From the NCBI GenBank assembly GCA_002030015.1, contig LQBH01000013.1, forward strand, positions 145,218 to 209,217: DNA of 64,000 bases. The letters are read 5' to 3'. Made by a program: the position numbers and the translations under genes. A model generated the notes under the pieces. It was not told the DNA's origin. It was given only the letters and a program-made list of their open reading frames with translations, and made no database searches. The stretch's first letter is position 1, and every line of letters starts with the position of its first letter. This document shows positions 27,962 through 37,612 of the stretch, one piece after another. The stretch is from a delta proteobacterium MLS_D (lineage in GTDB: Bacteria > Desulfobacterota > Syntrophia > Syntrophales > UBA2210).

Positions 27962-29029
27962 ATGAAGAGACGAAATTTCTTGAAGGGCATGGCCGCAACG
28001 GGCGCTGGTGTGGCCCTGTCCGGTGGTGTCGGAACTCTGTCAAAGGCCCAAGCACGGAAGCAGGAGGACTTCGGTGTAATTAAGAGCCTGAAAGTACACG
28101 TTATTTCGGAGACGAGTTGGTTTGACAATCCCACCCTTGGCAAGGACATCAAGGCGGCCGGCGGAATCAACACCAACCAGTACGACGTTGTCTATACCGA
28201 GGAAAACCTCGGCGGCTATGCCGCTCTGGTTGAAGTGGAAGCACTCGACGGCAAGAAAACCAAGTATCTCCTCGATACGGGCTGGAGCAACGACTGGATG
28301 GATTACTGTTTTGAAAAAGACGGTATCGACAAGATGCTTCAGAACAGAGAGATCGATACCATGATCATTTCTCATGATCACATCGACCACTACTTCGGCC
28401 TGGAGAGTACGCTGAAACATCAGGACGATATCAAGATTTACTTCCCGCCTACGGCGATGAAGAAAAGCTTCGAACTGCTCAAGGGTGCCGACTTCTCGGC
28501 CACGCCGGGCTGTCCGAAGAACAGCATTCCACACAAGGGTGAACTTATTGTGACGGAAACCGATAAGCTGTACAAACTTCAGGACGGCGCGGCGCTCGTT
28601 TTCTTCGATGCACCGGCAACGCTCCAGGTGCGCGGTGAGAACGTCATGTACTTCAATATCAAGGACAAAGGATATGTCACCGTTACCGGTTGCTGCCATC
28701 CCGGCATCATGACGCTTATTAATTATGCGCGGAGGAATTTCAAGGACGGTAGCAATAATTACGGTTGCTACGGCGGTCTGCACATTTCTCCCTTTGAAAA
28801 CTGGGATCCCAAGATGGATGACATCCTCAAAGGTGTGAAGGCCATGAACATGACCAAGGTCGCCTGCAACCACTGCACCGGCTGGATCTGGGCGGAGAAA
28901 GCGGACAAGATGGGCATTCCCATAGTTCACGGCACGAACAAAAACCTGTCCTACAAGAAGACGGGTACTCTGGCTAAGGCAAATACATCCAACGTTTATC
29001 TCGGAAATGGGGATGAGGTCATTTTCTAA
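27962..29029 (+). CDS. Tat-signal metallo-beta-lactamase-fold protein (COG1237-like), copy B
   Basis: Canonical Tat signal MKRRNFLKGMAATGAGVALSGG...AQA. MBL motif ISHDHIDHYFG. VTGCCH, YGGLHISPFENWDPK and CNHCTG. An AAAGGAGAAG RBS is present. Confidence 0.85.
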   Translation: MKRRNFLKGMAATGAGVALSGGVGTLSKAQARKQEDFGVIKSLKVHVISETSWFDNPTLGKDIKAAGGINTNQYDVVYTEENLGGYAALVEVEALDGKKTKYLLDTGWSNDWMDYCFEKDGIDKMLQNREIDTMIISHDHIDHYFGLESTLKHQDDIKIYFPPTAMKKSFELLKGADFSATPGCPKNSIPHKGELIVTETDKLYKLQDGAALVFFDAPATLQVRGENVMYFNIKDKGYVTVTGCCHPGIMTLINYARRNFKDGSNNYGCYGGLHISPFENWDPKMDDILKGVKAMNMTKVACNHCTGWIWAEKADKMGIPIVHGTNKNLSYKKTGTLAKANTSNVYLGNGDEVIF

Positions 29030-29162
29030 AGAAGGATAATACGATTCTCCGTTCACCGTGAGGATGAAGGGGTCGACTACTCCAGGAGAGTAGGGTACTT
29101 GGGGTTTGACCCCTTCTTTACGGAGGTGTGACTCATTTTAAACCGAATTAGGGGGTTCTTTC

Positions 29163-30407
29163 ATGAGCAACAATCAATCGCTTGAGAACTGGCTTACAAC
29201 GAGACAGTTGGAGCCTCGATGGTCTGTCGGTCTGTCAGGGGTTGCAAACCTGATCGTCCTTCTCATCGGCGTCTTTGCCGTATGGTGGATCTTTTTCTCC
29301 AATGGCGGGATATTCAAACTGTATACGCCTCTCCTGGGCTTCTCGCTGGTCATATGGACGCTGCTCATACTGCTCTGGCAGACGGAACTGTTTGACTACT
29401 GGCCGTTCTCACGCTCCTACCTGCAGAATACCCATCCGCTCGCCAAGGGCGCGACGATGTCACTCCTCATGCTTGTCATCTACCTCGTCCTTATCATCGG
29501 GTGTGTCTACCTGATCATGGGCAAACTCGGCATCACCTATTTCAACTGGAACAGTCTCATGACCTATGGAGATTTCGGCCAGGACGCCACATCCACACGG
29601 GAAGCCGCGTCATGGGCGATGCTGTGCCTCTCTGTTCCGTTCTTCCTCGTGAGTGTCTGGTTCATGTTCGGGATCGGAAAGGATCTCTTTCCTGAATTGA
29701 AACAGCCAAAGTTCGGGATCGCCATGTGGTCGATTATCGCGGTCCTGGGTATCTACTTCTATTTCATTTTCTTCCATCCCCACATTGGATCCATGTTCTA
29801 TCCGAAACAGATCTATGCCGCGGTGCCTCCCTGGTGGGAAAGCATAGCGCAGACCAACAGCGCCGAATACAGTCTTGGCATCCTGTTCGTCACCGTCGTC
29901 GGCATTTTCTATGCTTTCCATCTCTGGGACGGCTGGCCATATAACTACGTTCAGAAACAGCCGTGGCGCTTTATTTATTTCGCCGTTGTCAGTCTTGTCA
30001 TCGGCTATATTATCTTCCGCGTTCAGTTGTTCATTTTCGACTATATCTGGTATGAAGCCTATGTCGGCGGTCAGAATGAAGCCAACTTCGGTTGGCGGTA
30101 TAGCCATACCGTCACGATGGCGAATTTTGTCCTTGTCATCGCTCTGATTCAAAACGTCTTCTTCGGACAGGCATACGAAAAGATGAACGCTGTCGTGCGA
30201 GGCCTTATCAAGACCATCGTCGCTGTTGTCGTTGGCCTGCTTTTCGCGTGGGCCTACTATGCCTGGGGACCGGCGCTTCTCGGGATATGTGGGGGTATTT
30301 CCCATCCGTCGGAGAATGCCGCCGCCTTCCTGATTATGGTTATTAACCTGATCATGATTCAGGATTACTTTATGGATCGATGGCCCGGGTATCGGCTCAA
30401 AAAATAA
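29163..30407 (+). CDS. Polytopic membrane protein (~10 TM), Trp/Tyr-rich, unknown family, copy B
   Basis: 414 aa. It is a paralog of 13778..15190 (see the shared blocks listed there). Confidence 0.8.
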   Translation: MSNNQSLENWLTTRQLEPRWSVGLSGVANLIVLLIGVFAVWWIFFSNGGIFKLYTPLLGFSLVIWTLLILLWQTELFDYWPFSRSYLQNTHPLAKGATMSLLMLVIYLVLIIGCVYLIMGKLGITYFNWNSLMTYGDFGQDATSTREAASWAMLCLSVPFFLVSVWFMFGIGKDLFPELKQPKFGIAMWSIIAVLGIYFYFIFFHPHIGSMFYPKQIYAAVPPWWESIAQTNSAEYSLGILFVTVVGIFYAFHLWDGWPYNYVQKQPWRFIYFAVVSLVIGYIIFRVQLFIFDYIWYEAYVGGQNEANFGWRYSHTVTMANFVLVIALIQNVFFGQAYEKMNAVVRGLIKTIVAVVVGLLFAWAYYAWGPALLGICGGISHPSENAAAFLIMVINLIMIQDYFMDRWPGYRLKK

Positions 30408-30430
30408 CCGTTCTGAAGGGATAGATAAAC

Positions 30431-31414
30431 ATGACCGTGACCAGGCATATTGATCCTCTTGTTTCTTTCGAGATGCTTCTGCTCGAGCTGTTTCAAGGGG
30501 TATTTCAGAACGATGCGGCGCGGCGGCAATTCGGTTTTTCCCAGATATCGCAGGTGACAACCTCTGACGGTCTGCTTTCATGGTATTTGTGGTTTTCTGA
30601 AAAGCCCGGCGCCTACTCTCTTACTGTTACCGAGGGGCAGGTGGTGTCTGAGTCAGACAATGTGTCCGGTAACCAGCAAGATACGGATATCTTGGAGGGC
30701 CGTCTTGCTATACGGTATTTCCCTGATATGGAAGATGAGATGTTTGATTCCCTTTCCTGTTATGAGCAGATATTTCGGATGGGACCTTCCTTCGATGCTA
30801 ATGGTACGCCCTCTTTTGAAGGGGGGCGTACCATGCATGACGGTTTTTTTGTCGCCGGGTATATGAATATTCTCATCCATTCTTCGAAAGCCGATGTGGA
30901 TTTTTTCTGCTCTGCACCGGACAGATGGCGGGATTACCGCCTCGACGGCCTCACATTGACCAATGATAAGGGAGAGTCCCGCCGGGTCCTCTCTCCCGGT
31001 GCCGTTGACCGGGACTTCCCCGGCTGGGATATCTCGTTCTTTATCTTAGATAAAATTATTTCATCGTTCTGTTTTGTGTTCGGTCAGGCGCCCCGGTGCG
31101 TGGGAGCCGCCTCCAGGCCGTTTGTTCACTACGAGATCGATTCGAAACAAACGGTCCGTACTGTGAAGGACCCGGATATAACCGAGTGCGCCTTTGGCGT
31201 CTCATTTTCCAACCACGCTGGAGAAAATCTTTTGAAAAAAAGATATGGCTCTTTTGCTGAACGGTTTGATTCACCGGATTACTCCGTGATCGGCATGTGG
31301 AAAGATCCTGACGGTATCCCCGCGCGGTGGAAGAGGCCGGAGTGGTGGACGATCAGGACCACACATTTTCATGCCGACCCCGATTACGTCTGCTCCTGCT
31401 ACGCGGACGTCTAA
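30431..31414 (+). CDS. Unknown-domain protein, free-standing paralog of the N-terminal half of the COG0523 fusion
   Basis: 327 aa. LSPGAVDRDFPGWD versus LSPGEVDRDFPAFD, and RLAIRYFPDMEDEMFDSL versus RFGLCYFPNEQESLVERF. I recognise no known motif. Confidence 0.7.
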   Translation: MTVTRHIDPLVSFEMLLLELFQGVFQNDAARRQFGFSQISQVTTSDGLLSWYLWFSEKPGAYSLTVTEGQVVSESDNVSGNQQDTDILEGRLAIRYFPDMEDEMFDSLSCYEQIFRMGPSFDANGTPSFEGGRTMHDGFFVAGYMNILIHSSKADVDFFCSAPDRWRDYRLDGLTLTNDKGESRRVLSPGAVDRDFPGWDISFFILDKIISSFCFVFGQAPRCVGAASRPFVHYEIDSKQTVRTVKDPDITECAFGVSFSNHAGENLLKKRYGSFAERFDSPDYSVIGMWKDPDGIPARWKRPEWWTIRTTHFHADPDYVCSCYADV

Positions 31415-31432
31415 GGAAAGGATTGAACTGGT

Positions 31433-31696
31433 ATGATTGACAAGTCACGTCGCAGTTTTTTTAATGAATTCTTTGTGAAAAACGCGATCAAATGTGTTTC
31501 CGAAGCCCATAAAGCCTACGAGGACACCAAAAATGATCTCGACTACTTCAATTCCTTTGAGTCGGCCTATCCCCTTATATCTGAGAGCTACTCTTTTCTC
31601 GAAGATGAAGTGATACGCCTTGGGATCGACACCGAGGGGATGACAAAACTCGAAATCGTTAGGGAGATTTACGAACGAAACAAAAATGTTCCTTAA
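31433..31696 (+). CDS. Small protein with RRxFF N-terminus, copy B
   Basis: MIDKSRRSFFNEFF... is 87 aa. The pattern is shared with 15222..15491 and the gene is tightly spaced after 31414. Confidence 0.55.
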   Translation: MIDKSRRSFFNEFFVKNAIKCVSEAHKAYEDTKNDLDYFNSFESAYPLISESYSFLEDEVIRLGIDTEGMTKLEIVREIYERNKNVP

Positions 31697-31792
31697 CCAA
31701 AGTTTTATCCCACGGTGGACACAAAAATAGTGATATCGGGTGATTAGTGCTAGAGTGTCAAATTTATGGTCACTACATCTTTACATTTCAAC

Positions 31793-32259
31793 CTACGTAG
31801 GTTTCAGTGGAGCACTGGTAATTCCAAGCGCACTATACACATCCGCCTGTTTCGGTGTCAGGATACCGCAATACCGTAGATGAACTATTGTACCGTCGGC
31901 CGTGGGAAGATGTGTGCTAAGAGCAACGTGTGTCTTCAGTAGTGAATGAACCGTATTCCAACGATGACTGAGATACCGGCTGTTGGTCACGTCAAGTAAG
32001 GTTCGCAATTTCCAGTAACGAGTCCATCGACACCTTCCGTTTACGCTGCCTTTCCTAGTGCCGCCCGAAGGCAGCAGACTTGAATGTCGCGCAGGCTCTC
32101 TCGGTACGGGAGCTGGGCGAAGGCCATGCAGAGGTACTGATCCCAGCAGGAGAAACTGATCACCTTGTGGTTGCCGTCGTAGCGATCGACGCATTTCCGA
32201 AACTCGTAGGGGGTGACAAAATCCATTAACTGGGGAAAAATCGTTTTCCCGGTATTCAT
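31793..32259 (-). mobile_element. Internally deleted / frameshifted IS4-family (DUF4372-type) transposase remnant
   Basis: MNTGKTIFPQLMDFVTPYEFRKCVDRYDGNHKVISFSCWDQYLCMAFAQLPYRESLRDI matches the DUF4372 N-terminus of IS4-family transposases. It breaks off after about 70 aa. A different frame carries a YLSHRWNTVHSLLK block like the Y..RW.IE..FK.LK C-terminal motif. The total of about 470 nt is far too short for an intact gene. Confidence 0.7.
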
Positions 32260-32550
32260 GCGCTGCCTCCACTATCGTCGATGGCGGAGACTGGCATATC
32301 GGGGAAACTATTTTCAAATCGATAAATGACATTTTTCGCTCAATCTAGTTATATTTCAGTCATTTGAAACAGGTGAAAAGTTCAACCTTGGGACAGAAGT
32401 GTATTAATAACAGTATTAATAGCATATTATCGGTCACTGTTCGGCCCCCCCCAAAGAACTGCATGTAATATTATCAATGGGTTACACGTGACCAATCACT
32501 TAAAATAGCCGTATTTTGTTGCTTTTTGTGAAAATGTGGTTAAAGTTGGG

Positions 32551-32629
32551 CTAGGAAAAGCCATCGACACACGGATTAGAAAAGTCTCTGCCGTCAACAC
32601 CATACGTCGGTAACATTTTTTATGAAGCA
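32551..32629 (+). repeat. Right copy of ~80-bp direct repeat (plus partial third copy of its tail at 32653..32671)
   Basis: CTAGGAAAAGCCATCGACACACGGATTAGAAAAGTCTCTGCCGTCAACACCATACGTCGGTAACATTT..TATGAAGCA. The tail CGGTAACATTTATGAAGCA is repeated 24 nt further on. Confidence 0.85.
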
Positions 32630-32870
32630 CCGTTACCGCTTCCACGCTCTTTCGGTAACATTTATGAAGCAACTGGGCAGTTCTTCTATCCTGATTCTAC
32701 ACATGCCCTGATTTTCGGGGCCGGTTCCAACACAGCGTGAAAGACGACGTCTCTAACGTGGTTTCGTCTCGGGAGTGGTTACGACGCGCGACGGGACCGG
32801 ATGGGGGAATACAGGCGGATGTTGGAACTTCGTAGAAATTTCGCAGCACCTGCAGGGAGACAGAATAAGA

Positions 32871-33530
32871 ATGGCCGACAAAATTTATCCCGATTCCGGC
32901 GTTGAGTTGACGACCACTCTCGCAAAGCATTACGACAGGGTTTTGAACATCGGGTCGCTGGGTCTGTACGCTGGTTTCATACGAAAAGCCATACAAGAAA
33001 TGCGCATCAATCCCGAAGATCACATCCTGGACCTGGGGTGCGGGACGGGAAGAAACGCCCGTCTCATGACGCAATTTCTTAACGAGCGGGGAAAGGTTAC
33101 CGGGCTGGACATTTCCGACCACATGGGAAAACATTTTTTACGCACGTTTCAAAACGACAGGCGGGCGGAGTTTATTCGCACGCGTATCGATCAGCGGTTC
33201 GATCTGGGAATTTCCGTCGACAAGGTATTTATCAGTTTCGTCATCCACGGGTTCCCGCACGATGTCCGCGACATCATCATTCAGAACGCGTATCGCCATC
33301 TCAAGCCGGGCGGAACATTTCACATACTTGACTATGCCGAATTCAACCTGGACACGATACCGGTTCACCACCGTCTGATCTTCAAAACCTTTGAATGTAA
33401 GTACGCCTTTGATTTCGTGAGCAGAGACTGGAAAAAAATTTTACGGGGACACGGGTTCGAAGAATTCACCGAGTGGTTTCACTTCAGGGGATATGTCAGG
33501 TTGCTCAGCGCAAGGAAATCCCGAGAGTAA
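32871..33530 (+). CDS. Class I SAM-dependent methyltransferase
   Basis: Motif I ILDLGCGTGRNA. Post-I/II blocks are also present. The start was trimmed to ATG 32871. Confidence 0.75.
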   Translation: MADKIYPDSGVELTTTLAKHYDRVLNIGSLGLYAGFIRKAIQEMRINPEDHILDLGCGTGRNARLMTQFLNERGKVTGLDISDHMGKHFLRTFQNDRRAEFIRTRIDQRFDLGISVDKVFISFVIHGFPHDVRDIIIQNAYRHLKPGGTFHILDYAEFNLDTIPVHHRLIFKTFECKYAFDFVSRDWKKILRGHGFEEFTEWFHFRGYVRLLSARKSRE

Positions 33531-33823
33531 CGCTTTCCCCCTCCGGGAGGGGGTGGTTCAGACGGTCATCGGCTGCCTCCGGAATTTCATCCCTCCGCTC
33601 AGATCGGCTGTTGAAGCTGCTGCATGTTGTTTCAACAGGTGGACCGGCAATCACCCACCAGGCGCGTGGTCCGGCTGAAGACTGGTAAACAGGACCATTG
33701 CGGTGTACAATCAAAAATAACGTTAAAAGGGCACACTAAGGCAACAGGCATCGTGCCGCTGCACGGGTGCGGACTGACGTCCGTTTCTGCGTCTCCGGCT
33801 TTCATAAAAAAGTTGGGTCGCGT

Positions 33824-35950
33824 ATGAATATTTATTCTCTCCCGGCGATCATCTCTTTTACGGTCAATTTCAGCACCGCTTTCATCGTCCTGATGGAAAA
33901 TCCGCGGGCAACCTTGCACCGGTGGTTTGCGGCTTTCATCTTCAGTTTCGCCGTCTGGAACCTGGCCGAAATTCTCATGTTAAACAGCGCCGACCTGTTA
34001 CCAGCCATGCTGGGTGCGCAGATTCTTTACAGGGTTATTTTTCTCACTCCGGCATTCTACGTGATTATTTCCTATCTCTTCCCCAAGAACTTGGGCACGT
34101 TTGCGACGAGGCCCATCTTTTATGTGGCCGTTTTCTCGCTGCCGGTTCTGGGCCTGTGCCTGTCTTTTCCTGACTTTCAGATAGAACTGGTTTCCCTGAA
34201 AGAGGCACTCAATATTTACCATTATCATCTTACGTTCAACCTCAATCCTGTTTTCTTATTTCTCCTGCTTGTTTCACTGAGTTACATCGTGTGGGGAAGC
34301 GTTGTTCTTGTTATGAAGATCAAGCACTTGCGCACTATCCGTCTCAAAAACCAGACCCGTTTTTTCGTGTCGGGGATGGTATTCATCTTTGTCGGGTTTA
34401 TAGCGATCATTCTGCTGAAGGCCAGCCTGCGGAATCCGGCGTCCTTTTATTGGCTTTCAACCATTTTCACTTTTATTGTCGCTCTTTTTTTCCTCATAAC
34501 CATCATGAAGTTTCACCTGTTCAAGCCCGGGAAGATGCTCAGCGGGGGAATGACCTATACCATTCTTTCCGCCGCGACCCTCAGCGTCTACTTTTTTGTT
34601 GTCAGGGCCGCCAGTACCGGCCTGGAGTCGTGGATCGGAATTGACTCGTACATGCTCAACGCCGCCCTGATTGTTGCCTTGATCTTCGCCATTGTGCCGT
34701 TCGAAAAGCGTCTCAGGAGATTATTCGATCGGCTGCTCAACAGGGATTTACATCAGCAGCGTGGTAATATCCTCGCCTTGTTTCGTGAGTTACAGGGATA
34801 TCACGAAAGGTCGGCGTTCTTCGAGATTATCGAACGGTTTTTGGTCGATAATCTGAAGAGTTCGGCGGTTTTTATCTTTGATTATCGTCCGGAAGTTAAT
34901 CAATTTGTTGAAAGCCACGCTGACGGTACGATACCGCCTGTCCCGGAAAGCTCTTCTCTCGTGAGAGAACTAAAAAGGAAGAAGGGCGTAGCAGAGTTCT
35001 ATGAAATCACCCATACAGAAGAGAGTCATGAATATCACAAATTTCTGGAAGATGTGCACGCGAGATTTCTTGTGCCCCTCACGTACGCAGGCAACCTTAT
35101 GGCCATCGTGGTCCTGTGCCGCAAGAAGTACGGTCTCGAATATAATGAAAACGAAAAGGAAATCTTGTCTATCCTGGGTAGTGAAGTAGCAGCCTCGCTG
35201 CGCAGGAACCAGATGATCGAAGAAATGCGCGTGAAGGATCGGCAGCGGTTCCAGGTGGAAAAACTCGCCTCTGTCGGTCAGCTCGCCGCCAGCCTCGCCC
35301 ACGAAATCCGTAATCCACTTAACACCATTTCCACGTCGGCGCAGACACTGCTGCAAAAAAGTATTACCGAAATCGACAGGAAAAACCTCATGCGGTTTAT
35401 CATTGAAGAGGCAGGCCGCCTGAACCGTATACTGGAAGATTTTCTGAGCCTTGCACGAATCGGGATGGGGACCCTTGTCCCCATAGACATGGAGGGCATG
35501 TTCGACAGGCTCTGCCTTGAACTGAAGAATCTGGACGATCTGGATATACCTGTCTCGTACGAAATTACGACACGCCACGGGGGACTTGTCAGCGATCCCG
35601 ATTTGCTGTTCCAGGCGCTCCTGAATCTGGGAATTAACGCGCGAGCCGCGATACGGGAACGCTGCAGCAATGACGAGGACTTTACCTGCACGGATGGAAT
35701 GATTCAGTGCGTGGTGAGCGCGGATACGCATCATTTTATAGTTTCAGTTACCGACAACGGTATCGGAATTTCTCCTGATGCCAGGAAATTATTATATGAT
35801 CCATTTTTTACGACAAGGGAGAAAGGTACCGGGCTGGGGTTGTCCATTGTTCACCAGATTGTCGCGGTCCTGTCCGGGAGTATCGAGTTCGCGTCGCGGC
35901 CCGGTCATACACGTTTCTCCATTTTACTGCCCAGGAAAACAGCGGAATAA
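33824..35950 (+). CDS. Sensor histidine kinase with N-terminal 7-TM domain
   Basis: About 7 TM at the N-terminus, a central GAF-like region, the HisKA H-box (LAASLAHEIRNPLN), and HATPase N/G boxes (NLGINARAA, DNGIGI, GTGLGLSIV). The start was trimmed to ATG 33824. Confidence 0.85.
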   Translation: MNIYSLPAIISFTVNFSTAFIVLMENPRATLHRWFAAFIFSFAVWNLAEILMLNSADLLPAMLGAQILYRVIFLTPAFYVIISYLFPKNLGTFATRPIFYVAVFSLPVLGLCLSFPDFQIELVSLKEALNIYHYHLTFNLNPVFLFLLLVSLSYIVWGSVVLVMKIKHLRTIRLKNQTRFFVSGMVFIFVGFIAIILLKASLRNPASFYWLSTIFTFIVALFFLITIMKFHLFKPGKMLSGGMTYTILSAATLSVYFFVVRAASTGLESWIGIDSYMLNAALIVALIFAIVPFEKRLRRLFDRLLNRDLHQQRGNILALFRELQGYHERSAFFEIIERFLVDNLKSSAVFIFDYRPEVNQFVESHADGTIPPVPESSSLVRELKRKKGVAEFYEITHTEESHEYHKFLEDVHARFLVPLTYAGNLMAIVVLCRKKYGLEYNENEKEILSILGSEVAASLRRNQMIEEMRVKDRQRFQVEKLASVGQLAASLAHEIRNPLNTISTSAQTLLQKSITEIDRKNLMRFIIEEAGRLNRILEDFLSLARIGMGTLVPIDMEGMFDRLCLELKNLDDLDIPVSYEITTRHGGLVSDPDLLFQALLNLGINARAAIRERCSNDEDFTCTDGMIQCVVSADTHHFIVSVTDNGIGISPDARKLLYDPFFTTREKGTGLGLSIVHQIVAVLSGSIEFASRPGHTRFSILLPRKTAE

Positions 35951-35966
35951 AGCGGGAAGGATTGCC

Positions 35967-37364
35967 ATGGAACAGGCTGAACGGACCATTTTAATCGTCG
36001 ATGATGAAGAAAAGATCCTGAAGGTTCTGGAGATAAACCTGAAGGAGAAGTACCGCCTTCTGCTGGCGCGAAACGGTGACGAAGCCATAAACTGCCTCAG
36101 GAATGCCGCCGTCGATCTGATGCTGACCGATGAGCGTATGCCCGGGCGGAATGGCATGGATCTGCTCAGCTTCGTGCAACAGCATTACAGGCATGTCCCC
36201 GTGATTATCGTGACAGCCTTCGGTTCGGTGGAGCATGCCGTGCATGCCATGAAGATGGGAGCGTACGACTACATTTTGAAGCCGATAAAGATAGACGAGT
36301 TACAGCGGCTTATCGAAAAAGCCCTCCATTATTCCCGCCTTCTCAGTGAAAATGTCGAGTTGAAAGAACGACTCAAGAAATATGAAGGGGTCAAAGAAAT
36401 TATCACCGCGAATCCCGGGATGAGGGCCCTGTTCGAGACCCTGAAGCAGGTCGCTGCGACATCCGCAAGCGTGCTGATAGAAGGAGAATCGGGGACGGGG
36501 AAGCAGCTGGTGGCCTCATCAATCCACTATATGAGTTCCCGGGCCGATAATCCTTTTATTGAGATTAACTGCGGCGCTATCCCGGTGAACCTGCTGGAAA
36601 GTGAATTGTTCGGTCATGAGAAGGGAGCTTTCACGGGAGCGGTGCATATGAAGAAGGGCAAGTTCGAACTCGCGGACAACGGCACCCTCTTTCTGGACGA
36701 GATTGGTGAATTGCCGCTGGAGCTGCAGGTCAAGCTGCTGCATGTACTGGAGAACCAGACGTTCACCAGGCTGGGCGGCACCCAGCTTATCAGGACGCAT
36801 GCCCGCATCGTAACAGCGACAAATCGAATATTGAGCGAGGAAGTCGAGGCGAAGCGATTCCGCAGCGACCTGTATTATCGTCTCAAGGTTGTGTATGTGC
36901 GCATACCTCCCCTGCGGGAACGCAGAGAGGATATTCCTCTTCTGGTGCGCCATTTCATGGAAAAATATAATCAATTACGTGATGACAGAAAGACAGAAGT
37001 TGAACTATCCGGCGAGGCGCTCGATATCCTGCAATCATACAGCTGGCCGGGGAATGTTCGCGAGCTGGAAAACGTTATTCAGCAGGTTATCATTTTCGCG
37101 AAGGGTGGCCTTGTTACGCCGGATGCGCTTCCGCCCGAGATCGTACAGGATACGGAGCCGTCCATGACGAAAGAAGAACTCCGGGAAGAAAAGAACAGGC
37201 GAACAAAGGCGATTCTGCGTGATGCCGAGCATAGCTTTTTGAAACGAATCCTTGAAAAAACCCGGGGGAACATAACCCGGGCGGCCGAGATAAGCGGCTA
37301 TGATCGCAGGCAACTTCAAAACCTGATCAAAAAACATGGTATTAAAACGGACTATTTCAAGTAG
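35967..37364 (+). CDS. NtrC-family sigma54-dependent response regulator
   Basis: REC domain (ILIVDDEE...DLMLTDERMPG). AAA+ domain (GESGTGKQLVASSIH, GAFTGA, LFLDEIGE, WPGNVRELEN). HTH (AAEISGYDRRQLQNLIKK). The start was trimmed to ATG 35967, 14 nt after the kinase stop. Confidence 0.9.
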   Translation: MEQAERTILIVDDEEKILKVLEINLKEKYRLLLARNGDEAINCLRNAAVDLMLTDERMPGRNGMDLLSFVQQHYRHVPVIIVTAFGSVEHAVHAMKMGAYDYILKPIKIDELQRLIEKALHYSRLLSENVELKERLKKYEGVKEIITANPGMRALFETLKQVAATSASVLIEGESGTGKQLVASSIHYMSSRADNPFIEINCGAIPVNLLESELFGHEKGAFTGAVHMKKGKFELADNGTLFLDEIGELPLELQVKLLHVLENQTFTRLGGTQLIRTHARIVTATNRILSEEVEAKRFRSDLYYRLKVVYVRIPPLRERREDIPLLVRHFMEKYNQLRDDRKTEVELSGEALDILQSYSWPGNVRELENVIQQVIIFAKGGLVTPDALPPEIVQDTEPSMTKEELREEKNRRTKAILRDAEHSFLKRILEKTRGNITRAAEISGYDRRQLQNLIKKHGIKTDYFK

Positions 37365-37535
37365 CGTGAAATCGAATTGCACAGCTCCCAGCCCCCGTCT
37401 TTTCTGATATTTCCTCGTAAGCCCTTCTGTCGCCTGTGAAACGGCATTTCCCGATATCACTGACTCATCAATAGCGACGCGGAAAAGTGCCTTCCTAACA
37501 TATTGTATTTATTATATAAAAAAATTGTCCGTCGG

Positions 37536-37551
37536 TGGCATGGATTTTGAT
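37536..37551 (+). promoter_or_regulatory. Weak candidate sigma54-like promoter (atypical -12 TTGA)
   Basis: TGGCATGGATTTTGAT lies about 60 nt upstream of ATG 37613, downstream of the kinase/NtrC pair. It has the same TGGCATG-N4-TTGA form as 26083..26098. Confidence 0.25.
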
Positions 37552-37612
37552 CAATAGAGTTACAAAAGGGTCATTATCATAAAGCCCGCTTATAGCAGAA
37601 AGGAGGCACGGC

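Noticed and set aside
28040-30581. Long minus-strand ORFs (28040..29056 and 29610..30581) antisense to operon B genes
   Set aside because: Both lie fully inside the MBL-B and membrane-B coding regions, whose products have paralogs in copy A. The antisense products are low-complexity.
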